The translations under genes were made by a program, and so were the position numbers. The notes under the pieces are model-generated. The model saw only the letters and a program-made list of their open reading frames with translations, was not told where the DNA came from and made no database searches. Source: Lytechinus pictus (Eukaryota). From it: a DNA stretch of 64,000 bases. The stretch covers positions 9,736,001 through 9,800,000 of the forward strand of contig NC_087249.1 of NCBI RefSeq assembly GCF_037042905.1. Reading direction: 5' to 3'. Shown piece by piece: positions 1 through 12,982 of this stretch; position 1 is the first letter of the stretch; each line of letters begins with the position of its first letter.

Positions 1-43
1 TTTTTAATTTAAAAAGGACACAAAAAAGAGCAAAATCGCTTAC

Positions 44-79
44 CTCCGCCTGGAAAGTGGCTTCGCACGTCTCTTCCAT
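44..79 (-). CDS. Putative first coding exon (MEETCEATFQAE) of a gene running off the left edge
   Basis: Minus strand reads ccATGG AAG...GCG GAG|GTAAG: good Kozak context, 12 open codons and a consensus donor. No homology recognised. Confidence 0.3.
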
Positions 80-1458
80 GGAAATAAAAGGAAGGTCGTT
101 GGTGGCGCTAATACAGTTCGCAACCTTAATTCAGCTTGGTGGTATTTTTTAAACTAGATTCATGATTCATTGTATGCGCAATTCCAATAATTGTTTGATA
201 AAATAGAGGCCCCAATAAATGCAATAACTTAAAAAACGTACTTTTTTATTATTTTTGCTGACGATAATACTTTTTGGAAAATATTCAAAACGATGACAAA
301 TTAAACAAAAAATATAGAAAATTCTATGTACCTCGAACAAAGCCCCGCAAGTGCTACCGTTCGTTTTTCAATTAACGTTCCACCAAAGTCTTTACAGTAA
401 AAAGATTGAACACTTTGCCGACTTCGCGTAACGCTTTGCATCGATTTACGTGTAAGATAATTTCTGTGTCTAGTCTTTCAATTGTAGTGTCTTTGATATG
501 AAGACAAATCGCGCGCCCTCTTTCGCTCATTAGACGAAAAATTTGAGAGCTAGAAAGGTAGCTCTCGTATTTTGTCAACGAGAAGAAAAATCAACGCTTA
601 AATGACGCATTTTGAGAGATATTCATCAAATTATGAGGAATTGACTTCACATCGTTTCGTAAGTTTCTTCGTAGGAGGACTTCATTCTGTAAGTCCTCGT
701 ATTAGTTTTTTGTAAATTAACGTTATTTGTTGAATGCGCCGTGCCTTCAATTATTCTGTAGTCGGCGGCTGAGATGTAGCCGTGGGTGATTATATATATA
801 CCTCGGGCAATGTTCGTGCAGGCTCCACTCCACTTCACTACCGCTACACTCCGCTCCACCTACCCGAACATCGGGACCGTGAACCATTTCGGATATACCG
901 AGTCACAAAGGTGGGATGGAAATCATGTTTATCGTAAAAATTAAAGAAAAAAAATATAACGAGGGATACGAATGACTTGATATCTTACTCTACACCCGTA
1001 TTTCACTCCGTGTCCATCCTCCGGTTATCCTCAAAATTGGTGATTTTGGGCCAGTATCTTTTTCCTCACACGTATTATTTACGGCCGATTTCAAAACATC
1101 GCATGCGATCGATTGCAAAGTCGCAAAGGAAATTAAAATGAAATTAATTCTCATAGATCACAAGTTAATTAACGATCGGCGGGACATCTTTAAGTTATTT
1201 TAGGTGCTAGCGATTAATAGAATTATTGGAAGGATCTCTTGATCTCATACGACGCATCATCTTAAAGTCGCAAGTGCAATTAAAACGAAGTAGTAGTCGC
1301 AAGCACTCGCGATGATTCGGAACATGTTATTAAAATGTTTTGAGGAGCTAGCGTTCTCAAATTAATTTATTACTATCTCGAGAAATGAACTTTTGATATC
1401 CAAGAAGAAATATAAAAGAAGCATCATCCAACGAAGTTGCAAAGACAAATAAATTGAA

Positions 1459-2375
1459 GTTGAAGAGAAGAAGATGTCTGTCATCATAAAGGAGGTTAGA
1501 GAGTAACGAAATGATTTCCCTCAGTAATACAAACTTAAAAAGTTAACGGCGGGGTCCGCTTTCACCACGAGGTTGAAGAGAAGATGTATATCATAAACGA
1601 TGTAAGAGAGTAACGCAATGAGCTCCGTCAGTAGTACGACCTTTAAACGTTCACGGCGGCGTCCGCTATCACCACAAAGTTGAAGAGAAGATGTCTATCA
1701 TCATAAATTAGGTAAGAGAGTAGCGCAGTGATGTCCGTCAGTAATACGACCTTTAAACGTTCACGGCAGCGTCCGCTATCACCACGAGGTTGAAGAGAAG
1801 ATGTCTATCATCATAAATTAGGTAAGAGAGTAGCGCAGTGATGTCCGTCGGTAATACGACCTTTAAACGTTAACGGCGGCGTCCGCTATCACCACGAGGT
1901 TGAAGAGAAAATGTCTATCATCATCATAAATAAGGTAAGAGAGTAGCGCAGTGATGTCCGTCTGTAATACGACCTTTAGACGTTCACGGCGGCGTCCGCT
2001 ATCACCACGAGGTTGAATAGAAGATGTCTATCATTCATAAATTAGGTAAGAGAGTAGCGCAGTGATATCCGTCGGTATAAATACGACCTTTAAACGTTCA
2101 CGGCGGCGTCCGCTATCACCACGAAGTTGAAGAGAAGATGTCTATCATCATAAATTAGGTAAGAGAGTAGCGCAGTGATGTCCGTTGGTAATACGACCTT
2201 TAAACGTTCACGGCAGCGTCCGCTATCACCACGAAGTTGAACAGAAGATGTCTAACATCATAAACGATGTAAGAGAGTAGCGCAGTGATCTCCATCAGTA
2301 ATACGACCATTAAAAATTTCACGCCGGCGTCCGCTATCACCACGAGGTTGAAGAGAAGATATCTATCCTCGTAAA
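1459..2375. repeat. ~110-bp tandem minisatellite, ~8.3 copies
   Basis: Unit GTTGAAGAGAAGATGTCTATCATCATAAATTAGGTAAGAGAGTAGCGCAG...CCGCTATCACCACGAG starts at 1459, 1572, 1679, 1789, 1899, 2012, 2126, 2236 and 2347. Confidence 0.95.
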
Positions 2376-2671
2376 CATCGTCAGATATAATACCGCGTCT
2401 TTCTCCCTGATTAATGCGACCTCTAAATAGTTAGCACCTCAAAAAAAAATCTTGAAATATGTTCTGAAAGATCACGCACTGAAACTAGATCTACGCCAAT
2501 TTTTTATATCTGATTTTTTCCTTCAAGGGGCATGATCGAAGATCGGGAGGTTATCGCCGATCGTGGTAAAATCGGGTGAAATCGAGAGCCGATTTTAAAA
2601 TTGGTTACAGCCTTATTTCAAACCCCGATATCCAGGGTACTATTTTTCAAAATGCTGCGCAGCACCATTGT

Positions 2672-3050
2672 TCCGTAACTTCAATACAGAAAAATTTGCT
2701 TTTTACTTGTCATTTCGAAGATACGAACCTAAATTTGCGAGAAAATAAGTTTGCGAATTCAGAACAAAATCACAAGTTTTTTCATTTTGGTGCTTTTTTT
2801 GGTGACCCCACTTCTTAAATCTGAACTATGCCACCGCGTGCTTTGGAAATATGGCATGGATCCCACAATTTGAAGGGTGAAATTGAAATAAGGATTTTCA
2901 GCAGGGAATTTTAGTGAGTGACAGTGCCTGAGTATGTACATGTATTTGGTGTGTGTTGCGGTGATGTTTGACTGTGCTGCGCTCATCAGTGGCTGCTGCT
3001 ACGCTGGCATGGTTTGTGAAATAGTTGACATGTTCACGTTAGCTGTCAGG
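2672..3050 (+). repeat. Dispersed repeat; diverged second copy at ~5772-6110
   Basis: Shared blocks GAAGATACGA.CCTAAATT, GACCCC.CTTCT.AAAT.TGA.CTA and GCTTTGGA.ATATGGC in both COX5A introns. Confidence 0.7.
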
Positions 3051-3464
3051 CTGCTATGCATTCAATATTTCTTGAAATAATTTTCAAGTGAGTTTTTATC
3101 AAATAAGAAATTAAAAATTATGAAAAGGATTCATCTAAGTACAAATTCTGTTCAAATTTGATAAACTTCATCCTTCCTTAAGCTATTCAATTTGATGGTC
3201 AAAATTGCAAGTTAGAACCAGAGCACTGGGAACGATTTTTTGACTGGTGGTGCTGATGTCAAATTGACAATCTCAAGAAATTTGACAAGCAAAAAATAAT
3301 TTGGGTAACATTTCTTCATTTTTTCACACCGTCCAGAATTTTATGGGGGTGCTGCCTATGGGAAATAATACACGCAGGAAAATCTGGGGGGTGCTTGCTT
3401 CAACTATTGAATAATAATTCACAATAGAAAACATTCATATGATAATAAAATACTATGTCCATTG

Positions 3465-3740
3465 ACCAAAATGACCTTTGACCTTGATCATGTGACTCAA
3501 GACTTGCAAAACAATCATTCATACTTGATTACCCTTATGTGTATGTTTCATGAACTAGATCCATAAAATTTCTAAATTATGATGCCAACTCAACAAATAC
3601 CCCCAACACTGCCAAAGTTCATTGACCTAAATGGCCTTTGACCTTGGTCTTGTGATCTGAAATGCGCACAGGACGTTCAGGGATACATGGTCGCTCTTAC
3701 ATGTATGTCCAAATTTCATAAACTGCTGAGATCCATAAAT
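3465..3740. repeat. Helentron/HINE-type core repeat fragment (two ~160-bp units)
   Basis: GACCTTTGACCTTG motif duplicated at ~3473 and ~3634; the same motif occurs in the element at 46527. Confidence 0.45.
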
Positions 3741-4157
3741 GATTTTGGGCGGAATGTCTAGTATCAAACACAATGGGTCGTATGACAAATACCGGTAATG
3801 ATTTCAAATATTTTGGTGCAGAAGCATTCCAAATTTTGTACACTAGAATACTTTGTTGGTGTTTAATCCTAATGTTGTAAGTTAGAGCAAAAGTCGGATC
3901 GGAAATCGGATCAGAAGTTTTGCTCCTAAAATTGAAATCAGATTGAAAATCGGATCGGAAGATATTAAAAAAAAACTTTTACAGGAAAATTCTAATTATG
4001 AAACTTTCTTTCAAAGATAAGTATGATTTATAATAATATAGCAGAGAACTCAACGGTTAGGAATGACAAAGTTTTTATTTCCGTTTTTTCGCCATGACTG
4101 CGACCAATCGGTAGATCCAAGATATTTATGATGTTCTTCTCCATTACTCTCTTCCAG

Positions 4158-4396
4158 CTGCAGCTCAAGTCAGGGGATACTCTGCCAAAGTAGAAGAAAC
4201 AGATGAACAGTTTGATGCCAGGTGGGAGGCATACTTCAACCGACCTGACATCGATGACTGGGAACTCAGACGGGGACTCAATGAACTCCACGGTCATGAC
4301 CTGGTGCCTGAACCTAAGATCGTGGTAGCAGCACTGAAAGCGTGCCGTAGGCTCAATGACGTTGCAATGTCCATCAGAGTTCTTGAAGCAATAAAG
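4158..4396 (+). CDS. COX5A: Cytochrome c oxidase subunit 5A, internal coding exon
   Basis: ttccAG acceptor and AAG|GT donor. Translates to [79 protein letters not shown], matching the COX5A core (ETDEEFDARW...DMVPEPKI..AALRACRRLND). Confidence 0.97.
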
Positions 4397-4430
4397 GTTT
4401 GTCCACTATGGTTTTACAGAATTTGTTAAA

Positions 4431-5117
4431 CCCTATCTAGGGCGAGTGCTCTGAGGCCCCCCCACCCCCCCCCCGCAAACAATTTGCACAATATTATTGC
4501 CGTGCGAAATTTTTTTACCATGCCACTGACTTTTTACTTTCAAGTCCTGTGCATCTTTTGAGACCAAATTTGCGATACCCGGTTACACGGTTCTGAAATT
4601 ACACAACATATTGTAAGTGCAAGTCAGACCCAGAATCGCTCAAAAGCGTTATCAACCAAAAATTTTAAAAATGTATGATTATTTGTAGTTTTGCTGGTCT
4701 AATTTATTTTATGCTGTTTATGATCTCAAAAGAGTCCCCGACAAAGTTCATTGAAAAAACAATGAAAATGAAATGTCGAAAGAACAAGGAGATGCATAAG
4801 AAATTGCAAAAAGCAATATAATACATAAGAAATTGATCTGACATCACAATTTTTTTCACTTACATTTTTAAAAAACACCACAGAGAGTTTCTACACCAAA
4901 AATCAGGACATTATGAGCTTTAGTTAGGGAGTAAGAGGAAAAAGTATGATTTTGCATACTAATGACCATAATAAATTACTAGCATTTTGCATGAAATAAA
5001 CAGACAACCTGCGTGCCAATTTTTGGCAAGATCACGTGGTCACCGGCGGAGGTCTCAAGAGCCCCCCCCCCCCCTCTCGGCAATATGATCTCCCAAAATA
5101 CCTCGGCCTAGATTGGG
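4431..5117. mobile_element. piggyBac-type MITE in a COX5A intron (shorter relative at ~6676-6875)
   Basis: Termini CCCTATCTAGG / CCTAGATTGGG flanked by TTAA(A) and TTAA. Confidence 0.65.
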
Positions 5118-5504
5118 TTAAACATATCCAGACTCTAATGCTGGTGAATGTCATGAATGTATGAATGTCGTTTTCAAGGAGATAAGTACATAGCAAAAAA
5201 CAAAACAAAGCATTAGCTTTTAAGAGCTTTCAATATTGTACAGGCCAATTCCACCCAAACAAGAAGTTTATTTGTCAAATCTCTCATTTGCATTTCACCC
5301 ACATTGAACTTAACTGTTTTGTGAAATTAAGCAAAACCTAGAAATATTTTAGCTTTAGCATTTTACATCATATTCTGATGAAATTTTAGTGTGATGTAAA
5401 TTACCGTTTTTTTTTTTTTCTCTCTTTTGATTGAAATCAATTATTTTTGGGGTGGATTTAAAATTTGAAAGAATTTTATTTATGTTCTATTGCAAATAAT
5501 GTAG

Positions 5505-5636
5505 GACAAGGCTGGCAGCCACAAAAACATCTATCCCTACGTCCTTCAGGAGATCAGACCAACATTAGAAGAGCTCGGCATCAGCACACCGGAAGAACTT
5601 GGATTCGATAATCCAGAGCCTGGCAAGAACTTATAA
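5505..5636 (+). CDS. COX5A: COX5A last coding exon
   Basis: gt[48 protein letters not shown], in phase with the previous exon. GT donor 1 nt after the stop codon. Confidence 0.97.
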   Translation, partial: DKAGSHKNIYPYVLQEIRPTLEELGISTPEELGFDNPEPGKNL

Positions 5637-6142
5637 GGTAGGGCGGAACCATGGTTCAATGACGTTTGCTCCGGTGACAAATTCTCCGATGAGAAATCTG
5701 TACATTAACAGAAATCCTAACCTCCAAAAATAAATAAATACCTATCTTTACATTATTCTGATCCAAAATCTGTGTAAATTCAGTACAGAAGAGTTTTCAA
5801 GTTTTTTCTTTTTCGATTGGTAATTTGAAGATACGATCCTAAATTAGTGGCAAAGTTCAAGAACTCAGAAAAAAAACCCACAGATTTCTTCATCTTTAGC
5901 ACATTTTTTTGCGACCCCGCTTCTCAAATATGAGCTAAATCGCCGCTTGCTTTGGATATATGGCGCAGATTCCATATTTAATTTAGACTTTTTGGAGTTC
6001 AAATCGGGCCTTCATGTGGTAAGTGATAATGCTGTAATGTGTTTGATGCGTGTTGTGGTGATTGACTGAGCTGTGCTGGGCACTGCTGGCCAGCTTGTTT
6101 GCCATGTCAAATTCCACGCGCATCACTCTACATACTCTCCGG

Positions 6143-6447
6143 TGCAATCTAGGCTTATTTTTTAAACCATTTCTTACAATTCAAAATGGTTGATTTTGGG
6201 GTTATGAAAGAAAAATAACAAATTGCAGAATCGTTTCATACCTTGCTACCTGAGGCTTCAAACTTGTTAATTGGAACAACTATGTACATGTAATAATATA
6301 TACATATAGTCTAGTTGTTCCAGATGTCAAGTTTCTAGCCTCGGGCTCAGGTATCAAGGTATGAAAGAATTCTTTCTTTTTTTAATATCCCCAAAACCAA
6401 CCATTTTAAATTGTAAGAAATGGTGTCCAAAATAGCCTGGATTGCAA
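6143..6447. mobile_element. Foldback/MITE with ~120-bp inverted arms
   Basis: TGCAATCTAGGCTTATT...CCATTTCTTACAAT...TTCATACCTTG is mirrored by CAAGGTATGAAA...ATTGTAAGAAATGG...AATAGCCTGGATTGCA. Confidence 0.75.
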
Positions 6448-7125
6448 CAGAGAGCATCTAGAACCCTAGAGCTTATTGGACTCCGGCCTATTGGGACTTC
6501 GCGCTCGTGGTGTGGGCTTCACGCACACTTCTTATTTCAGATTTTTTTTTTAATCTTGCTCTCACACCCCTGCATTAAGTATTTCATGCAGAAAATGACA
6601 CGAGTCATTAGGCCATTTTTGTCTCGCTTTTTATTAGCCCAGCCTTCATCAAATTCTTTTTGAAGGAGAAATAACTTAACCTTTACTTAACGAGGAGGGG
6701 TCAGGTTGACCCCCCCCCCCTCTCTACAAATTTTGTAATTTCGCTGACTTATTTTCAAGTCTTCCGCATCTTTTGAGACCAATCTGCGATGCCTTGGTAC
6801 GCGGTTCCGAAATTACGCAAATTGACCCCCCCCCCCCCCCCCAGTATGTCCTGGTCTGAAATAGCCTAGGGTTAAAGCCTGTTGTAGGTTGAATTTTAGA
6901 GTGTGGACAAATTTATATTAAAAAAAGGCTAATGACTCTTTATCTCCCTTTACCACTTTGTCCCCCTTCTCACTCTCCTTCATGTGTCTATGTCTCACTC
7001 TTTCCCTCTTTTTATCTCTCCATTTCTCTCCCTCTCTATCCATCTCTCCTTGTCTCTCCCACTCTTTCCCTGTCTCTCCCGCTTTATCCCTGTCTCTCCC
7101 ATTCTTCCCTGTCTCTCTAATACAG

Positions 7126-7700
7126 GTACAGGAGGGATCCTATCAAAGCGTGCTGTAACCCTCAGGAGATTCGCAGCATATATCTAGTATGCAACAACCG
7201 AGTTTCATACGAGAAGAAAGAGAATAGATGTCTATGTGTGTTTTGAATGTAATTTAATCCCAATTGTATACAAATCTACTGAACTCAACAACCATGAATC
7301 GAGGCTTGAATGAAAACCGAAGGTGGTGGTGACAAAGAACCAATGATGTGAGAAAAAAAAAAACACATTTTTTAAAAAATACAAGCGAGTGTTGACAAGA
7401 AGCTTCGTATGCGACAGCTTCTAATACTAACACGTTAGAGCACATATTCTTCACATATCTAGGCCAGGAAAGATGAAATATACAAATCCAATAATGCTCT
7501 CTCTGTCTGACACGGAAGTGAAAAGCAAAGTCTCTTTTCATCTTAATTTCATATTTTCCATATTGTACAGAAGTTTATATATTACTTGCTTGATTGCTGT
7601 TGAATCGGTATGTGCAAGATTTTATGTGTGCAGTTGTCTTGTAAGCACTGTCTAATGTGAAGAAAAATGAAAAATTATATGGTGTCATATTGAATTCAGT
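7126..7700 (+). other. COX5A: Probable non-coding terminal (3' UTR) exon of COX5A
   Basis: A ~190-nt CT-rich tract (6932-7120) ends in ctctaatacAG. A downstream exon is implied by the donor at 5638. The 3' end is approximate. Confidence 0.5.
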
Positions 7701-8012
7701 GTCTGGAGTTGTCTTTATTTTGTCTTTAAATCGTTATTTACCCCCCCCCCCCATCAAATATTCTGAAGATTTCATGATTTTTTTTTGGTATAGCTGGTTA
7801 TGAAGAAAACACAATAGCAAAGCATGCGAACATATACATGTGATAATGCCGAGTGAGATAAGTAAAAAAAAAAAAAAAAAAAGAGAAAAAGCCATTACAC
7901 AAATCGGCTTCATGAACATCAAACGAAGTATCACGATTTTCGGTTTGTTTGAAACTTTGGTATCATCCTTCCACCTGTTGGACCAGGAAAAAATATGACA
8001 AAATCATTCCTT

Positions 8013-8480
8013 AAGCCCCCATCACACTTATTCCGAATCAAGCAGAATCAGACGGAGTTAACTGACTATTGTTCGACCACAAACTGGTCAAGTTTTAGAA
8101 GAAAAAAATGCATAGAATGCAGTAAGAATGTACTTTGAACACCGTTCGATATTCTTTCCACTTCGAACGCACCTCAAAAATTTCAAACATGACTTAAACG
8201 TTATGAGCGCCCACAAGAACTGGCCCGCATATTCCGAATGCAAATATAAAACAGAATTTTTAGAATGCCCCTTCGAATATCCAAGAATGCAACACAAATT
8301 TTAAACCCGACTCATTGTGACTAGTGTATGATGAGTCGCTTGGTAAATTTACCTTATTAGAAACTCCAGTTGGGTGAATTCGGACCCCCTCCCATGATTT
8401 TTCTAGATTTTTTATCTTCATTCATTCCAGCTGATTCTGTTTGATTCCTAACGATTCCTTGAGAAGTGTGATGGGGGCTT
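8013..8480. mobile_element. MITE with 17-bp perfect TIRs (Harbinger-like)
   Basis: AAGCCCCCATCACACTT ... AAGTGTGATGGGGGCTT. Confidence 0.8.
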
Positions 8481-9834
8481 TGTCTGGTCAAGGCAGTCAG
8501 AAAGGTGTCTGTTAAGATCGGCTTTACAGTCTTTACCATTGTCCAAATTTATCCAAACTTTCACAGATTTTCTTCTCAGATTTTTTTTTACAAACAAAAA
8601 CAACTACCACCCGGTTTGATTCCTTTGAATATTTGCATTATAACTTTACAAAATACACATAATTGAAATTAATTACCATTTCACAAATTTTATTGAAGAA
8701 AATACATTCATATACACTGATTGATGTACATCAATGAAGTGACAATATTTTCAAATCATTTTTTGAGTATTGGGGGAAAAGTGGCTTCATTTAACAATTT
8801 TTTTTCTTTAAATCTTATTTGTATTGGAAAGAACATGTACATACATAGCATACAATAGTTACAGGCGACTCTGGCTACATCAAATCTCTTGGACAACATA
8901 AATCTCATTGACTGAGGAGAAATTTGACTTTATGTTGTTACCCGTATGTTTAGCATATTCTGGTCTGAAACAATGCTTCGAGTTAAAAGACTTTCCATGT
9001 ATAGTAGGTTGACTCATGCAGAGTCTAGCGTATTTCAATATTAAAAAAAAAATCAAATATTCTCTCTTTTTTTTGCAGAACATTTATGGAACGTTGGAAC
9101 TGTACTAAAGAAGAGCTTTTGTATTAACTTTATAACCAAACATTGCACTAGAATTCTGTTGATTTTATAATTTGTTGAAGTAATATTGTTTAATTTTAGT
9201 TGTCACAAAACAGACTGAAAAATGTTCTCAATAAACTCAAGTGTCAGGTTACCCAAACACAGGCAACCTAAATACAAAATATTTTCCTCAATAATGCATT
9301 TGATAATACATTTCATTTGTAAAGTGCCTTTTGATATGACCGAAAATTAAAACAGTTTACTGAATTTTAAATAATACTTTGCTAAGCTTTTAATATATTT
9401 CCATGGAAGGATTATAAACACTCATTTCATTTTGCAAATATGAATTTAAGACATCTAGGAGTTGTAAAATGTGACTTATTTAAATTTAATCGACACTTCT
9501 CCAATCAGGCAAAATAAATTTCAAGAAAGAAAAGAAGAGGGCCAACATTCTCCATTCATAACTCATTGGAATGATTCTTTCAATTAAAATAACTTACCTA
9601 GTATTTTATGTTGAATCACGATATAAAAAGTACTGTTTGAGCAGAATATTAAAAACTTTTCTGCTAATCCAGCATTGTTTTCTCCTCTATTTGACCATTG
9701 CTGCACATGGAGAGAAAAGTCAAATCCTGAAGATACCAACTCTTAATAACATGCTGCATAACATTTATTAAAAAAAAAACACACCAAAATATTGGCTGTT
9801 CAAACTACATGTTATCCTATCAAAATGCCATTAA

Positions 9835-10323
9835 AGGGATGGTCCGGGCTCGAGATATTTACATCTCAATTAAAAGAGTAAAATTCACAAAGCAAAATGC
9901 TGAAAATTTGATCAAAATCAGATCACTTGTTCTTTTGTATTTTATTTTATGAAATTAGGTTTATTCAAATTTTTTCTACCAAGAACTAAAACACTTGGAT
10001 TGACAGCTGATTAAGTGCATTAGTTATTTATTGCCGTAACTTATTTCATCAAAATGGAGACCCATCATTTAAACATGTATGAAAAAATGAAACAATTAGG
10101 ATTTCATGTAATAACATAAGAAAAAGGAAAGTGGGGATGTGACATCATCGCCCACCTAATGAATATTCATGATGTACATATAACTGTTTTCACAAAATAT
10201 TGATAACTTTAAAATTCAATAACTTCGTTATTTGTTATCCGATTTTGATAAAATTTTCAGCATTTTGCTCTGAATTTTACTCTATTTATTAAGATATAAA
10301 TATTTTCAGCCCGGACCATCCCT
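9835..10323. mobile_element. Kolobok-type MITE
   Basis: TTAA|AGGGATGGTCCGGGCT ... AGCCCGGACCATCCCT|TTAA: 16-bp TIR, TTAA TSD and AG..CT ends. Confidence 0.85.
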
Positions 10324-11142
10324 TTAATGATTGTTCTTATATAGCGTCGGTATCCGCCTCAGCTGGGTGCTCATGGCGCTTGCTAAAAAATAGGAAATGT
10401 CTCACAAATTTCAATGTCTTCAAATGGTGCTTAGAATCATCATTACATGAATACTAAATAAAAAACATTAAAATACAGTACCTTGCCCTTTTAGGAAACA
10501 AATTATATTGAGGACTTCTATTACAAACTGGGCAATATCCTTACACCCGATCTCCAATTTTCTACTTTCATACTTCACTACATGAAGTGCTTTATTTAAA
10601 GTATTACTGCAAATTAACAAATTTCTTTGTGAAGTAAAAAACAGAGATAAATTATTCAAAGAAGGTCCCACTATCACATATAGGTCAGAATATTTATAAT
10701 TGCGTAACCGTGCTTCGACTTTGCGATCTATAGTTACATTTTTCAAAAGTTACAAAAATGGGCAAGATAAAAGTATTAAAAAAAAGAAAAGGAAAATCTT
10801 TGATGACATACCTATAGCAAGTCATTGAAAAGATTTCATGATCAATTTCATTTTGAAAATAAGTGGCATATGTAATATAGCTCTGGGGAATTCTTTCACT
10901 AATAATTTAAATGAAAAGAGTTTCCAAAGCTGTTGTACATATATAATTTCACACATTTGTATACTTTCTCCCATACGTGTACTGTATCAAGGCAATACAC
11001 TGTAGCTTTGATCCAGCTGAGGCATGGCGGCTTGTCATTGTTCAAAACCCACCTACACCCGACAAAAGAAATTATAATTGGTATAGTGTCGAAAATCTGT
11101 CTATCTGACGGTCTATCGGATCGGGGTCGCCCTAGCCAACCC

Positions 11143-11207
11143 GTCTCTGTGGTCTAGTGTTTAAGGCACCGGCGTTCAAAGCTGGGGGCCCGGGTTCGAT
11201 TCCCGGC
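11143..11207 (+). pseudogene. tRNA-derived sequence (pseudo-tRNA or SINE head)
   Basis: A box TGGTCTAGTG, anticodon arm CCGGC-GTTCAAA-GCTGG, T arm CCGGG-TTCGATT-CCCGG. The 3' acceptor strand is missing. Confidence 0.7.
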
Positions 11208-12467
11208 ATAAAAAAATGGTGTGGTATTTGTAGGAATTTCAGCATTTTCTAGCCACGCATAAAGTTTGAGACCGTTACATGTATGTAAAGTTAATAATTA
11301 GACAGAACCATCAAACACATAAAAAATATATGAAAGCAGGTTGTTCATGTTGAAAATTGTGGAGAGGGTAATATTTAGGGATAAAATCCCATAAATTGTA
11401 TATTCTTGATTGTATTTCTCAATTTGAAGCATGTTCAAGATAATTTTTCTGACTGCATAATTAATGAACAGGCAAAATCATTGTCATATTTTTTAGAATA
11501 TGGTGATTTATGAACAAAAATCTATGTTACATGACATATGGGGGAACTGTTTACATGGATGTCATAAAATGAAAATTTTACAAATTCATTCACTTAGTAA
11601 TTCTTTGATGGATTTTGCTTGAAATTTCATTTGGTACGTTTCTCTCATCTTTCTGCTTTTAAAATTCAAAATGGTAGCAATTTCAAAATCAACCTTATCT
11701 CAGGTTAGACTTCCCCTTTAAACTCCAGTGATAACCTTGCCTTGGATCCCCCTTATACTTGTCTTTGCTGTTACCTCAGATATAAAAAAAATAACATTTC
11801 ATAAATTTATTAATCATAAAGATACTCTGATACATTTCAGTCCGATCAGTATATCAATTCTATTTGCATTTCAACATACAAAAAAAAAAGAATATACAAG
11901 AGGAGAAATAAATAGAAATTTATAATTATATTTTATATTCCTAGTATCACCATGATACTGTCCATGAGAGTTCAACCCAATTAAAATGGATTATTGTTAT
12001 TCTAAGACTTCTACCCGCTCATTAGTGGGTAATTGAACTTTGATGGGGTTAACTCAAGCAAGTTGCGATCACATTCCATATATAGCCCACCAAGAAGATA
12101 GTCTGTAGGATGGAAGGTCAGCAGTATGGCAACCATACAACATCGCGGTCCCGTCCTTCATAGAGATGCGTTTCATCCAATTAACCTCAACTAGGAGGTA
12201 ATCCATCATTGTCAATATTTATGCCTGAAAATTTGCAAAAAGTCCTTTGTTAACAAAGAGGAAGTGCACTGAATTGGCAACACAAAGACGAATGTGGGAG
12301 TTATACATCTAGAAAACATTTGGAACAAACATGTATTTGTATCCATAGTTGTGGTTGAGCAGATCAATTGCAACTCTTTGTAAGAAAAGGCCCAGGTTGG
12401 TGATATGAAGAGGATGATGTAGCTATATCTCAAAGGATTTAGGAATGACGTGTCAATTTCATTTTTA

Positions 12468-12982
12468 CAGTGCGTCCCACAAAAAAGGCAACCCGTTTTC
12501 AGATATAAATTTCACAATTATTTAACACGTTTTTACTTGTGAATTTGATACTTATGGTAAGAGTGGAATATCATCTTTAATTCAAGACCAACAGTTTAGC
12601 AAATCATTCACGAATGGCAAAATAAAAACAATGAATATTGAGGCCTATCAGAAACGATTTGCATTTTCAGGGATCTGTTAGAGAAACTTAAAGAATACAA
12701 AGAAATGCTAATGAGTCAATTGTTGAATAAGCACAGTTGATGTACCACAAACTAATCTTGTTAAACTTTTCTGCACGACCTGCTTTTGACATTAAATTTT
12801 TACATTAAAATTTCAAACTCGTCTTGCTCATTAATGCGTGAGCTGTTTGTCACACATTAGATATCGAAATGTAGAGGAATAATTGAATTAGATGATTATG
12901 TAAATGAAATATCTTAATTAATTTGCCTTTGAAGAAAAAAAGAAGTGGTAATCCTGGTTTCCTTTTTTTCTGAGATGCACTG
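12468..12982. mobile_element. Tc1/mariner-type MITE (diverged)
   Basis: TA|CAGTGCGTCCCACAAAAAAGG ... CCTTTTTTTCTGAGATGCACTG|TA. Confidence 0.75.

Noticed and set aside
810..910. ATG...AAG|GTGGGA as COX5A exon 1
   Set aside because: It ends in phase 2 whereas exon 4158 needs phase 1, and the peptide is not presequence-like.
1459..2375. CRISPR-like array
   Set aside because: Whole 110-bp units are repeated with no unique spacers; eukaryotic context and no cas genes.
11143..11207. Functional tRNA-Sec or opal suppressor
   Set aside because: No 3' acceptor strand, no long variable arm and no Pol III terminator.
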